This document shows, one piece after another, positions 13,240 to 25,999 of a stretch of DNA of 64,000 nucleotides. Origin of the DNA: Eledone cirrhosa. Its lineage: Eukaryota. Made by a program: the position numbers and the translations under genes. The stretch is taken from NCBI GenBank assembly GCA_964016885.1, contig OZ024741.1:146010001-146074000 (forward strand), in the 5' to 3' direction. The number at the start of each line of letters is the position of its first letter. Positions within the stretch are counted from its first letter, which is position 1. The notes below the pieces were generated by a model, which saw only the letters and a program-made list of their open reading frames with translations, was not told the origin of the DNA and ran no database searches.

Positions 13240-14560
13240 ATATTTATGTGGTAACTTTTGTGGCATATCTTTGTTATCTGCTGTTAGGAAGGTACTCTTG
13301 TGTATTCTTTCAGAACATATTCCCAAATTCATCATGCCAAGAGCTGTGTCAGAATCACAGTGTGGTTTTCACTCTTCTTGTAGGACAGTTGGCATGAAAA
13401 TGCATGTAGCAAAACATGGGGTTATATCACTGCTTTGTAGACCTTAGCAAAGCATTCCACACTGTTAACTGGACTGCATTCTGGTTGGTGTTAAAAAATA
13501 CTAGCTGTCCTGAAGACGTTTTGAATCTTATTAAGGCCCCCCTATAAGAATGTGAAGGTCCATATCAATTTTGTTGGTACTCTTTCAGGACCATTCGCAG
13601 TAAAAAATGAGGTAAAACAGGGTGATTCGTTGCCAGCTATTTTGCAGCAATGTTGTCAAATGCCTTTGCAACATCGACAGACACAGGCTTTATCCTATAT
13701 CACTCTTCAGGCAATGTGTTCAGTTTGACTAGAATGAGATACAACTCAAAACTCTTCATCTCTTTGATCCGTGACCTTCTATATGCCAATGACTGTGACC
13801 TAATAATTCACATGGACGAGGGCTTGCAAAACCTGATCAGTGACCCAAAGTAAGCTGAAACACATTTGTTCCAGACACTGAGATTCTTGATAGTCAACAT
13901 TTACATCTGCACAAGGTATGCTTATTAGGAATCAGTTAAAATGGACAGGTCACGTGATTTGTATGGGTGACAGGCACATCCACAAGAAAATGTTTTATTG
14001 TGAACTCAAGCTAAGCAAAAGGTTATATAGTAAGCCAAGGAGGAGATAGAGAGACTCTAAAAGTGAATTTTAAATGTTTTTAACATATCCTAGAAAAATA
14101 TAGAATCATGTGCATCAGATAGACTAGCCTGGAAAAATGCCATTTGGAATTGAATTAAATCATTTGAAATGGAAAGGGCAAAACATGCAGAACTGAAAAG
14201 AAAAGTGTGGAAGAATGACACTAACAGTAATAATGATGAATCTTATCCAGCATTGGTTTTCAAATGCCCTGCATGCCCTAAGGTGTACCTTTCAAATGCT
14301 GGCTTCAAGTTACACCAATGAGCACATGATGGTAAAGTCCAAGTTGACTATTCAAACTTTGTTACAGAGAATCAGTTCCAGTGCCATGTTTGCCAGACAA
14401 TTTGCATATCAGGTGGTGTATTGAAGCAACATCTGAACATACAGAATAAACAACTTGAAAGTGGAAACAAGAACAAAATGAGACATCATTGTACTATTTG
14501 TAGACGGGTCTTTCACAGGCTTTCAGGATGCATAACCACTTGAGGTCTCATGCCAGGAAG
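13240..14560 (+). mobile_element. Old BovB-like RTE LINE remnant with three C-terminal C2H2 fingers
   Basis: CGNFCGISLLS, ESQCGF, FVDLSKAF, VKQGD, LLYANDC, DRLAWK..FE..R..KRK, then in one frame CPAC-x12-H-x3-H (14265), CHVC-x12-H (14382) and CTIC..HLRSH (14490, frameshifted). Many stops and indels. Confidence 0.75.
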
Positions 14561-14925
14561 GAACAGGCACAAAGTACAAAAACTGGTCAAGCTTTGTATA
14601 AAGCAGACAACCTTCGTATCATATATATATATATGTGTGTGTGTTTGTGTATATATATATGTATATATGTTCTCTTTTTTAGCGTCTGTTGTGTCTCTTC
14701 CCGGATAGTTATCAATTTTAGCTATGAAAGTGAGATGTACTGTCTTTAATGCATTCAAAACATCAGTGATCCACAGAAGACAGTCAACGAGCAGGAATTG
14801 TCCTTGTGTTTCTTTCACGCTTTCTAAATAATATATATATATGTATTATGTGTATAAATATATACACATGCATGCATATATATATACAGATATCTTTATA
14901 TTTATATATATATGTGTGTGTGTCT

Positions 14926-14963
<38 letters not shown>

Positions 14964-15204
14964 CTATATATGTATGATTGTAGGTGTATGTGTGAGAATA
15001 TGTAAAATGGATACAGTAAAAGATATGTATGAATTACTGTATTAGGGTAAAAATGTGTGTATAGAGCAAAACGTAAGGAATGCAGGTAGCAACAGCTTAG
15101 CATTTAAATTGATTAAATATTTGAGTACATAGCCTGATAAATCTTCTCCATCAAGCCTAATTAATTTGTTGAGATAAAGTTTCTTCATCATTCCTTCTCC
15201 ATTT

Positions 15205-15695
15205 TCATTACCTATGCCATCAACAACACAATCATCACCATCATTACCATCAAAACCACATTACCATCAAAACTACAGTCATCATAAGTATCATCACCAA
15301 CAACACAACCATCAAAATCATGATCACCACCAAAACCATCATCAACACCACAGCCACTGTGTTCATCATCACCATGCACAACAAACACCACTACTGTTGC
15401 TACCACTATGACAACCACCACAACAATCATCACCATGAACAGTACAAACATCATCACCAGCAACATCACTACCACTACCATCATCATCATCATCATCATA
15501 AACACCAGAATCACAATAGTAACCATCATCATCATCACCTCCATCACTAGCTATACAAACAAAACCACCCCCAATAAAAATACAAACGCCACAACAACAA
15601 TCATCACAACAACCATCACCAATACCATCATCATCAACACCACCATCATCATCACTATCATCATCATCATCACCATCAACATCATCATCATACTC
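15205..15695. repeat. Degenerate (CAT/CAC/CAA)n low-complexity tract
   Basis: Imperfect trinucleotide repeats; the His/Thr/Ile-rich ORFs here are by-products. Confidence 0.9.
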
Positions 15696-16187
15696 TTTTT
15701 TAATTATAAAGATTGCTATTTTGTTTTTGAAATTATTTTCATTACTGGCTATTTGATACATAAATTGATTTCATTAATTTTAAGTGGTTAGGAAATGGTT
15801 TCTTTCAATTCTTTGAAAATTTTCTTTTGTTTATTTATTCATTTATTTCCTCTTACCACCACCCTTATCATCCACCTATCCACCACCATCAATACAATCC
15901 TATATAACAGAATCAAAGATATATACTATCTACAATGTGCCACATACCCTCTGCTTCCATCTGTTCTTTCTACAGTTTTGACAAGCAAAGCTCCATTGTG
16001 AATTCTATAGGAAGCAACATAGTTTTCTTAGATTTAGACAGATGCAAAATGTTGGTAATAGTAGTAGTAGTGGTTGTGTTGGTGGTGGTGGTGGTGGTGG
16101 TGGTGGTGGTGGAGGTGATGTGGACCATGGTAATGGGGATGGTAGTAGTGATGATACTGATGCCTACAGTGATGACGATGGTAATAA

Positions 16188-16396
16188 TGGTTTCTTATAT
16201 AGGCACAAGGCCACCGATTTTGGGGGAGGGGAAAGTCGATTAAATCGACCCCAGTGCGTGACTGGTACTTTATTTTATCGACCCCGTAAGGATGAAAGGC
16301 AAAGTTAACCTCGGCGGGATTTGAACTCAGAATGTAAAGGGACGTATGTTAGAAAGCATGGCGTCGAACCCTCTACCAATACTGCCAATTCACCGC
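16188..16396 (-). mobile_element. Near full-length tRNA-derived SINE (Meta-domain-like central motif)
   Basis: Minus: gcggtgaatTGGCAGTATTGG (A box)...GAGTTCAAATCC (B box)...gcctttcatccttacggggtcgataaaataaagtaccag...gccttgtgcc..agaaaccattatt; inserted in a (GAT/GGT)n tract. Confidence 0.85.
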
Positions 16397-16798
16397 TTGG
16401 TAATAATACCGATGGTAATAGTGATAATGATGATAGTGAGGACATGGTGATGATGGAGTTAGTGATCAGGATAATAATGATGAAGAAGATGGTAGAATTC
16501 ATGGTGATGATGGATGGTGATGACAAGGATGATGGTGATACTATTGATAATGAGGATGATGATGGTAAGGATGACAATGGTGATGATGATGATGTCAATA
16601 GTAGAAAGAACATTTTTATTGTCATTTTTATCTTTTTTCATTATCTTGGTAATTTTTCTGTAAATTGAAATGGCGTGTATTTCAATCATCTGAATCACTA
16701 TTAATTCAACAGAATTAATTTTAGAATTCACAATTTGTCCACCTACTCAACAGTCTGTCTATCTAACTATTAAAAATATAAAGTGTTAATGAATGAAG

Positions 16799-16842
<44 letters not shown>

Positions 16843-16844
<2 letters not shown>

Positions 16845-19035
16845 CATCATCATCATTTTGCGTCCGCTTTTCCCTGCTTGCAAGGGTGGGATGGGTCCTA
16901 TTCAGCACAGCATCTCTCCACTTGTCATGGTCCTTCGTCATCTCCTCGGTGAGTTTCAGCGATCTGAGGTCTGTTCTCACCACCTCCGCCCATGTTTTAC
17001 GTGGTCTACCTCTACTGCGTCTTCCTTATACTGGGATTTCTTGGCACTTCTTTACCCAGCGGTCATCCTCCATGTGCATCACATGTCCATACCAGCTCAG
17101 CCTTCTCTCCTGCACACCACAACTTATCCCTCTTATACCCAGATTCTTTCTCAACTCGTCTATGCTTGGTCGTTGACACATCAGAGCATACTTGCTTCAT
17201 TTCTCTCCAGCCGTCCCGTATCCTCTGCAGTTGCTGCCCATGTCTCACTACCATGTAGCATCATACATCTCACACAGGCATCATGTAACCATCCTTTTGT
17301 ATGCAGGCAGAAAACCTTCTTTGTCAATAGAGGAAGCAGCTCCCTAAACTTCTTCCAACTCGTCTTTATTCTAGATACTATGGCCTCGGAACACCCCTCT
17401 CCCATGCTAATCTGATCACCTAGGTACTAGAAGCTATCAATAGCTTCTATAGAACCCACCTGCATTGGAAAAATGTGTCTATCACTACGATTACTACTGC
17501 CAACTTTCCCTGTACATCTACTGCATACGTAGTTTTCCCTACATGTTAGTTTGCCTGGTATCCCACTACATCTCTTGTATACCCAAGATCTGCATTGCAT
17601 ACATTTTATGGAATTTATGCCAGTTCCTTTCCTACATATCGAACATGGCCATTTCCCTGATGGAATCAGAGTATTGTCCTCTCTTCTACTTATCAACACT
17701 TTTGTTTTAGTTATGTTCACTCTCAAACCTCTTGATTCCAAATGCTGTTTCCATAGCCAGAATTTATTTTCTAGCTCCTCTACTGATTCTGCTATAAGAA
17801 CCAGATCATCAGCATAGAGAAGTTCCCATAGACAGCCAGTCTTAAACTACTTTGTTCTGGCTTCGAGGACTATAATGAACAAGAGCAGGCTGCGGACCAA
17901 ACCCTGATGTACACCTATTTGTATCTGGAATTCCCCACTAAACTTCATACCTACTCTCACTTTACTGACAGCACCCCTGTACATAGGTTGCACTGCCCTC
18001 ACAAGCCATTCCTCTACATCTAGTTTCCTTAGGGACCACCAGATGACAGATCGGGGTACCCTATCAAAGGCCTTCTCTAGGTCAACAAAAGCCAAGTATA
18101 GTGGTTTGTTCGTCTCTAAGAACCTCTCTTGTAGTTGCCTCACTAAGCAGAGGGCATCTGTTGTACTTTTCCGGGGCACAAAACCAAACTGCGTCTCATC
18201 TAATTTGACCCTTTCTCTAATCAGTTGCGCTAATATTCTATCAGCCACTTTCATAACCTGATCCATCAGCTTTATGCCCCTGTAATTGCTCATCTCTAGA
18301 GCATCCCCTTTACCTTTGTAGCAATTTATGAGAATACTGCTGCACCAGTCTTAGGGTATGACACCACCATATTTACCTTGAATGATGATGCGTGCAACCA
18401 GTTTAGTGCCTACTTCTCCTGATGCCTTCAACATCTCAGCAACTATCCCCGACAGTCCAGCAGCCTTACCATTCTTCATTTCCTTAATTGCCTCTTGTAT
18501 CCTATATTCGTCAATCTCAATAGCTGGTCCCTCTGTCGAGTATACTGGGGATAATTTCTCTCTGTCCCATTCGTTCTCCACATTCATCAGTCTCTCATAG
18601 TGACATTTCTAGGCCTCCTTTTTTTTGATCATTCGTGACACTAAGTACACTGGCATCATTCACACTTTTCTCCAACAACATCCTGATTTGCACTGACACA
18701 CCACCTTGCAACACCGCACGTCTCTGATATTCCTGTCGCAGAACATTGGCAAACCTCCTATTCTCAGCCTCCCTGCGTGCTAAGTACATCTGGCGTCTAG
18801 CTTCTCTCTTAGCGGCTGTGTATCCTTCTCTACTCCCACCATTTTTCAAAGCCTTCCATGCCAGTCCTTTGTCTCTAATGGCCCTATCTAACGTGCTGTT
18901 CCACCACCAGTTCACTCTCTGTCTGGTTGAAGCTCTGCCACAGCCACAAGTTTCTTCAGTAGCCTGCAGTAAGTTGTCACGCAAGAAATTCCAGTTATCA
19001 TCTATGTCATACAACTCTAAATCGTCTTCTTTTTC
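16843..19035 (-). mobile_element. RTE-clade LINE, 5'-truncated, decayed (linker, RT, PHD-type finger, C-terminus)
   Basis: Minus ORFs WWWNS, GKAAGLSG, NYRGIKL, QFGFVP, FVDLEKAFDRVP, WPCSICRKG..CMQC..C..CSRC, MLHGSETW; ends gcaagcagggaaaagcggacgcaaaa(tga)n. Confidence 0.93.
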
Positions 19036-20189
19036 CTCTTGAAGGGCTTTGCTAAATTTATGTGCATATTTGTGTGTGTATGATTATACACATAGACATA
19101 TATTTTACATATCTTATAAAATTAGTGAAGCCAATAAACAGCATTTTGTTTTGTAATATGTACAAGAAGAAAGTATTTACCATTTCAACTATATCTTTGA
19201 TATCCTCCATACTTTTAATATTCAGAGCTGTCAATTTACAGGAACAATTTATTCCAGCTGTGCTATGAATTTTTAAAAATCCCTTTAATATTTTCCTTGT
19301 TTATGAAACTGACCTCAGAGCTTTTACATTTTCAACATCTCAGATTTAGAATCTGCAAAAGTGTTTTTAAATTGAAAAGTAAAATGATTTTTTTCCCTTT
19401 AAAATTCAAAATAATACTATATTTTGCATTTTTGTATTTGAGGTGTATAAAAAACATATCGTTTCTCTTTAAATTATATAAATATATTCTTTTTGTATTG
19501 GAAATGTTTGAATGTGTTTTGATTCTCTTTGAAGAATGTAAGTGTAGTTTGTATCTGCAATTACAATTTTATCCTTAAGAATTTGGAATTAAAACAATTA
19601 CATTTTAAATTTTCAGAAAGTGTCAAAAATAAATATAATTGTTATTGCTATAAAAATATTGTCTTCATTTGTTTATAATTATTATAGCATAAGAATTATT
19701 GTCATTATTTACATCATTCATCACTTGAATAATTTCTATTAATACTGAATAGGTGGTAAAAGAATGTGATTTCTCCATAGACTTGCCAAATAGGCAATTC
19801 CTACCTCTATGATAGAGTACACTCAGCAGAAAATCTTAGAGAAAAAACTCCATGTAAAGATGGCTATCATGAATGAAATGAGAGACAAAGAGTAAATTGC
19901 ATAAATTTTGTGGATACCAAAGGACATGCAAGTCACTGTCTCATAACTGACAGACCATGGTTTAAACTTACTGACGTACAAGTTTGGACAGGTTTTTTTT
20001 TGTGGAAGATCAATAGCCGCCAACGAATGTAAGTCTCCCCTTTCTACGACACCAGTGTTGCCCACACAATACTGCACAGAACTCAGGAACATGGAGGTGC
20101 ATCTGGTGATGCAGTAGAAACTTGCATGAAACTATCGAAGAGATAATAATAATAATAATAATAATAGTAATAATAATAATAATAATAAT

Positions 20190-20398
20190 AGGCGCACTGG
20201 GGACTATCTCCAAAAGTTTCCAGGGATGGTTAAAGAAAATCGGTCCCTTCACGCTTTTTGGAACGCTTCAAAAGGCATGCTTGCTGGGAACAGCAAGAAC
20301 CCTCCGATACGTCCTGAATATCTGAGGCTGCAGGTAGTGGCTTGATATTCATTCCAACGGACTTTCCAGTTAACTAACATCAATGACTGAGATTCAAG

Positions 20399-20400
<2 letters not shown>
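20190..20400 (+). mobile_element. R4/Dong-like LINE 3' terminal fragment between (TAA)n tracts
   Basis: IGALGTISK...LQKACLLGTARTLRYVLNI is the RLE C-terminal motif (compare VVGALG...QKIVLMGTAHIL at 25700-25835); flanked by (TAA)n. Confidence 0.85.
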
Positions 20401-20446
<46 letters not shown>

Positions 20447-20447
<1 letters not shown>

Positions 20448-20632
20448 TGTTTCTACTTTAGGCACAAGGCCAGCAATTACCCAGTGCATTACTGGTACTT
20501 TATTTTATCGACCCCGTAAGGATGAAAGGCAAAGTCAACCTCGGCCGGATTTGAACTCAGATCGTAAAGGGACGTAACTATGCTGGAAAGCATGGCGTCC
20601 GACCCTCCACCGATACTGCCAATCCACCGCCC
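20447..20632 (-). mobile_element. tRNA-derived SINE (same family as 16188-16396) inserted in (TAA)n
   Basis: Minus: gggcggtggattggcagtatcggtggagg...gagttcaaatccgg...gcctttcatccttacggggtcgataaaataaagtaccag. Confidence 0.85.
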
Positions 20633-20652
20633 TTAATAATAATAATAATAAT

Positions 20653-21139
20653 AAAAGCAAAGCAGGTAAAAGTATCTGCAAAGAAAGAACTGCTACAGAA
20701 ACTGGCTAAGAAATGGCAAGAAAAGCCTCTGTATGGAAAATACCCAGAACGAGCTAACAATCCTGATGTTGACAAAACTTTAACCCATTAGTGGTTGGCA
20801 TCCTCTGGACTGAAATCGGAGACTGAAGAACTGATTATATCAGCACAAGATCAGTGTCTGCCAACAAAAAATTACCAAGCCAACATAATAAAAAATGGAT
20901 GCAGCCCATTATGCCGTGTATGTAAAAAAACAACCAGAGACCATTGACCATATAATTTCAATGTGCAGTTCTATAGCTCCAACCGAATACCTAAACAGGC
21001 ATGACAAGTCTAAACACTAAAGATGCATGTGTGTGTATGTATGTTCTTTCTTGAATATGGCGGACCTTGTTGTCTCTTGAGGTCACTGGTTGTGACTTGG
21101 TGATAACTCGTATGAACATAAAGCAAGATAAATGCAGTT
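20653..21139 (+). mobile_element. 5'-truncated, internally deleted copy of the Dong-like element at 22180-25979
   Basis: Near-identical to 25015-25361 joined to 25843-25979 at an ACA microhomology (21004-21006); followed by (TAA)n. Confidence 0.92.
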
Positions 21140-21718
21140 GTAATAATAATAATAATAACGCACGTGGTGGACAGAATGTTATGGAATCGCTCCCGTAAGT
21201 TTTTGATTTTTAACGTATTTAAAACAATTGTGATATAACAATTCTTAGTACAAATGAGACATAAAGCGCCAGACTCAGCTCTCAGAAAATTTGGATCCAT
21301 AATACCTGTTATATCGCTCAAATATTCAATTTTGTATTATAAATTTTATATTCAAAAAAGAAAATGGTTATAAATGGAAGAAAACCCCCCTCTGTCTACA
21401 CTATATAGAACAGTCAAATAACAGCAATTTCACCAACACCACAAACTAGATACACCACCTATCCCATCACCCCTCTGTGTACACTAAATACAACAGCCAG
21501 ATAACGGCAATTTCACCACCACCAATCCCAGCATAATAATAATTGTAATAATAATAATTACTATTATTGTATCTCAAGTTTTCTCAAAATGTTTAATTCA
21601 AATATTAAGAAAATATGTCAACACATATATTAAACATACACGACAAACCGCATAGATACACATATCAAACAAACGCATACTACTACAGTCTATTCAACAA
21701 AACTCAGTAACGACAACG

Positions 21719-21870
21719 CCATCACTATAGTCACCGCCGCCACCACTCCATCATTGCTACCACTGTCCCATCACTATAGTCACCGCCGCCACACTCCATC
21801 ATAGCTACCACTATCCCATCACAGCCACCACCACTATTCATTGCTACCACCACTATTCCCCCACTATCTT
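21719..21870 (+). repeat. About 3 copies of a ~48-bp tandem repeat within a probable decayed LINE 5'/ORF1 region (21160-22170)
   Basis: ccatcactatagtcaccgccgcca(c)cactccatcat(t/a)gctaccact(g/a)tc repeated. Confidence 0.6.
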
Positions 21871-22179
21871 CTGTTAACTTAAGAAAGGGGTAGGTGGCGG
21901 TATCACTAGACAAGGGAGAGGCTAGCAAAAGATATAAATAGACTGACTTAGTGACTCGGTCAAACGTCAACGACTATGGCACTGCTGGCTCTCCCCTTCC
22001 CCACCAACAATAGAAAAAGACCCAGCACCACCATCCAAATAAGCCAACAACAATAACAGGCAACTTCAACAAAAAGTATATTATATTATTAATAATAATT
22101 TCATTCTTAAGCCACGCAATGCTTACATTAAGGAACCACTCACGATAATGACAATTTAAAAAAACAACAAAAAGAAAAC

Positions 22180-25100
22180 CCCGTGACCAAGAAATACCGG
22201 GATGGTGGCCGGCGGGGAATAGCCGTGTCTCTAGGGGAGGACGACCCCTCTAGTCTTGGTTGACACTCGTCCTAGAAGTGGTAACGCGAAATGATTACCC
22301 CTTGGCGGTTAAGGATAAAACGCGACAAAATAAAGTAAATGTCAAATGATAAAATCTCATACCGGATCGGCCGTCACACGGGTCAAAAAGGGCCGCGTCC
22401 GTCAGAGAAGAACCAGACTGGGGTCGAAAAATCAGCAAATGGTTCAAACCTTCCCATCACTTCGGAGCTGGAGACCTCCCATAAACGGAATACTCCTACT
22501 GTTGGTCCTCCATGCTCACCACCACGAAATCCAAAGAAAAAGAGAGAAAAATGGTCAAGGGAAGACAATAAAGAAGTCCTTGAGGCTTTCTACACTGCCA
22601 TGTACTACCCATCAAATAGATCGAATACAGAACAGACATATATCAACTGGAAAAAGAAACATCCTGCAAACAGAGGCTATATTGACAGTAACAAACTAGC
22701 CAATATACGAAGAAATATTGTTAAAAGATCAAGCTATTAGCACAAAGTCAGCGAAAGGAAAATGAAACATGTGTCAGTGAAAACGAGGTAAATTGTAACA
22801 CTTCGAATCCCAGGGTTGGGGCGGAATCACTGACAACAGAACAAATTAAAGAAAGGATCGAAAAAGTGGAGGGAGTGCATGCTCATGATGAAATTCAAAA
22901 TGAAAATAATGAGATCGCAAATGATAAAGAAATGAATGAGAATGAACTTGCCAACTTGAAGGATGAAATTATCATCGAATGGATGAAAATGAAAGAATCT
23001 GACATGTGGGAACGAGACACTCTCCCTAAGATCCAGAACTCGAAACAGAACCAAAAGATAATACACAAGACTAACATAATTCTCAAAATTATTATCATCA
23101 CAAACAAACTAAACATTACTGATTTAAATCATCTGTATTATGCATCGGCTAAAGTCACCACTCACTTATGTGGAGTGAAAATGAAAAAAAGGAATTCCCA
23201 CAAGAAATCTACTTGGCAAGAGAACATCAATCGCCAAATAAACCTTCTCCGATCTGACATAGAAATGTTAACAACCTACAAAGTAGGTGAACATGTTAAT
23301 TAGAAAATTGAAAAGGAAATACAGTATAAAATCAACAAGTGACAGAGACATGCTGATAGAAATAATCAAGCAAAAAGTGTCGGCCAAAGCTGCTCGTATA
23401 AGGCGCTTTGAAAAACGATCTAGATTCTATAAGGACAATATGTTCAAAAACAACCAAAGAAACTTCTACAGAAACATTGGCAAGTCAACAATAACTGCTA
23501 AATCAATACCACCCAAGGAGGAAGTACAAGAATTCTGGGAAAAGATCTGGGCCGAAGAAAAAGTTCATAATATACATGCCCCATGGATAGACAGACAAAT
23601 GAAAGATACAGCAAATGGAAATTCCCAGGAAAAGACAAAATACAAAATTTTTGGATAAATGCCTTCACAGAGTCTCATGAGCTGTTAGCCCAACTTTACA
23701 ATGAAATAGTTAAGGAGTAAGAAAAGATACCATCATGGCTAGTTAATGGCATTACATTCCTGCTTCCGAAGAATGATGAGACAAACAATCCCCTAAATTA
23801 CAGACCGATAATTTGCTTGACAACAATGTATAAAATTTTAACATCAGTTCTAACTGAATATACATATGACCACCTGATAACAAATGATTTATTTCTCAAT
23901 GATGCTCATATGGCTGCAAATATCAGCTTTTGGTTAGCAAAATGATACTGGAAGATTGTCATAATAGACACAAAAATCTATCAATTGCTTGGATAGATTA
24001 TAAAAAAGCATTTGATAGTTTGCCACACATTTGGATTGAAAAATGTTTAGAGATTTTCAAAATATCTCCCGTTGTCAGGAGGTTCCTGTCATTCAGTATG
24101 AAGACACTCCTTTTGAATAGTGAAAAAGAATCACTGGAAGCTGGAGAAGTTAATATTAATTGTGGAATTTTTCAGGGTGACTCTTTATCACCGCTTTTAT
24201 TCTGCATCGCATTTATACCATTAAGTAAAAAGCTCAATGAAACAAAACATGGATATAAAATCTATGAAAAAACCATTAATCACTTGTTCTACATGGATGA
24301 CCTGAAACTATTTGCAAAAAGTGATAAACAATTGCAAGGGCTATTATCCACTGTGGAGCAGTTCAGTGATGACATTAAAATGGAATTTGGACTAGATAAA
24401 TGCGCCAAAGCAATGTTCACCAGAGGAAAGCTGCTGAAAAGTTCAGACATTAATCTTGATCGGGGAAATGTGATAAGAGAACTTGATCAAGAGGAAACTT
24501 ACAAATATCTAGGTGTTTGTGAAGGAGACGGAATCAAGCACTCGACAATGAGGGAAAGGATAAGGAAGGAATGTTACCACAGAGTAAGAGCAATCTTAAG
24601 AACGGAATTGAATGCAAGGAATAGGATCGATGCCATAAACACGCTTGCCATTCCAGTATAACCTACAGTTACAATGTCATCAACTGGTCAAGCACAGAGA
24701 TCCGTGAACTCGATACAAAAATTAGAAAATTCTTAACCATGCACAGAATGCATCACCCTAAGGCAGATACAGATAGAATATATCTCCCTAGGAAAGAAGG
24801 AGGACGTGGGTTAATCCAGTTAGATATTGCATTGAAAACTGCAACAATTTGATTATTTACATATCTAAGGGAATCACATGATTGGATGATCAAACTCGTT
24901 TTGAAACACGAAAGCATCAAAAGATCATACTCCATTACAAAAGATGCACAAAGATACAGTAATGAACTACAAATTTCAGAAGTCCCATTTACTGCTGAAA
25001 TGGAAAACACAGAAAAAGCAAAGCAGGTAAAAGTAACTGCAAAGAAACTTTGCAGAAACTGGCTAAGAAATGGCAAGAAAGCCTCTGTATGGAAAATACC

Positions 25101-25979
25101 CAGAAAGAGCTAACAATCCTGATGTTGACAAAACTTTAACCCATTAGTGGTTAGCATCCTCTGGACTGAAATCAGAGACTGAAGGACTGATTATATCAGC
25201 ACAAGATCAGTGTCTGCCAACAAAAAATTACCAAGCCAACATAATAAAAAATGGATGCAACCCATTATGCCGTGTATGTAAAAAACAACCAGAGACCATT
25301 GATCATATAATTTCAATGTGCAGTACTATAGCTCCAACCGAATACCTAAACAGGCATGACAGAGCTGTACAATGCATACATTGGATAATGTGTAAGCATT
25401 TTGACCTGCCCCATCAAAAGAATTGGTGGGAGCATCAACCACCTCCCATACTTGAAAAAGATCACATCTCAATCTTGTGGAACTTTAGCATCCAAACAGA
25501 CAGAAAAATAGATGCAAATAGACCTGATATAATACTGAAGGACTTTAAAAAGAGGGTATGCCTGCTAATTGATATGTCCGTTCCAATAGACAAGAATGTA
25601 TCTATAAAAACATTTGAAAAAATTGAGCAAGTATAAGGACCTGGAGATAGAAATTGGAAAAATGTGGAAATTGAGAACTAAAACAATACCAGTGGTTGTA
25701 GGCGCTCTAGGAATGATACCTAAGGGGTCTAATGATTACTTATCGCAAATCCCAGGAAACCCGCGTATAGGAGAAATACAAAAGATAGTACTAATGGGAA
25801 CTGCCCATATACTAAGTAAGATTCTGTCAATATAAGTACATCACAAGTCTAAACACCTAAAGATGCATGTGTGTGTATGTATGTTCTTTCTTAAACATGG
25901 CGGACTTTGTTGTCTCTTGAGGTCACTGGTTGTAACTTGGTGATAACTCGTATGAACATAAAGTAAGATAAATGCAACT
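22180..25979 (+). mobile_element. Near full-length R4/Dong-like non-LTR retrotransposon (single ORF: RT, CCHC, restriction-like endonuclease), pseudogenised
   Basis: KWSREDNKEV N-terminus; IAWIDYKKAFDS, GIFQGDSLSPLLF, HLFYMDDLKLF, YKYLG; CRVC-x7-H-x4-C, RHD, RPDII..DMSVP..K..KY, VVGALG, LMGTAHIL; ends in (TAA)n, the known Dong target. Multiple stops and frameshifts. Confidence 0.92.
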
Positions 25980-25999
25980 ATAATAATAATAATAATAAT

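Noticed and set aside
16300-16396. tRNA gene
   Set aside because: A and B boxes are present but fused to a repeated SINE body; no cloverleaf.
15205-16731. His/Asp/Val/Thr-rich ORFs
   Set aside because: Translations of degenerate trinucleotide repeats open in several frames.
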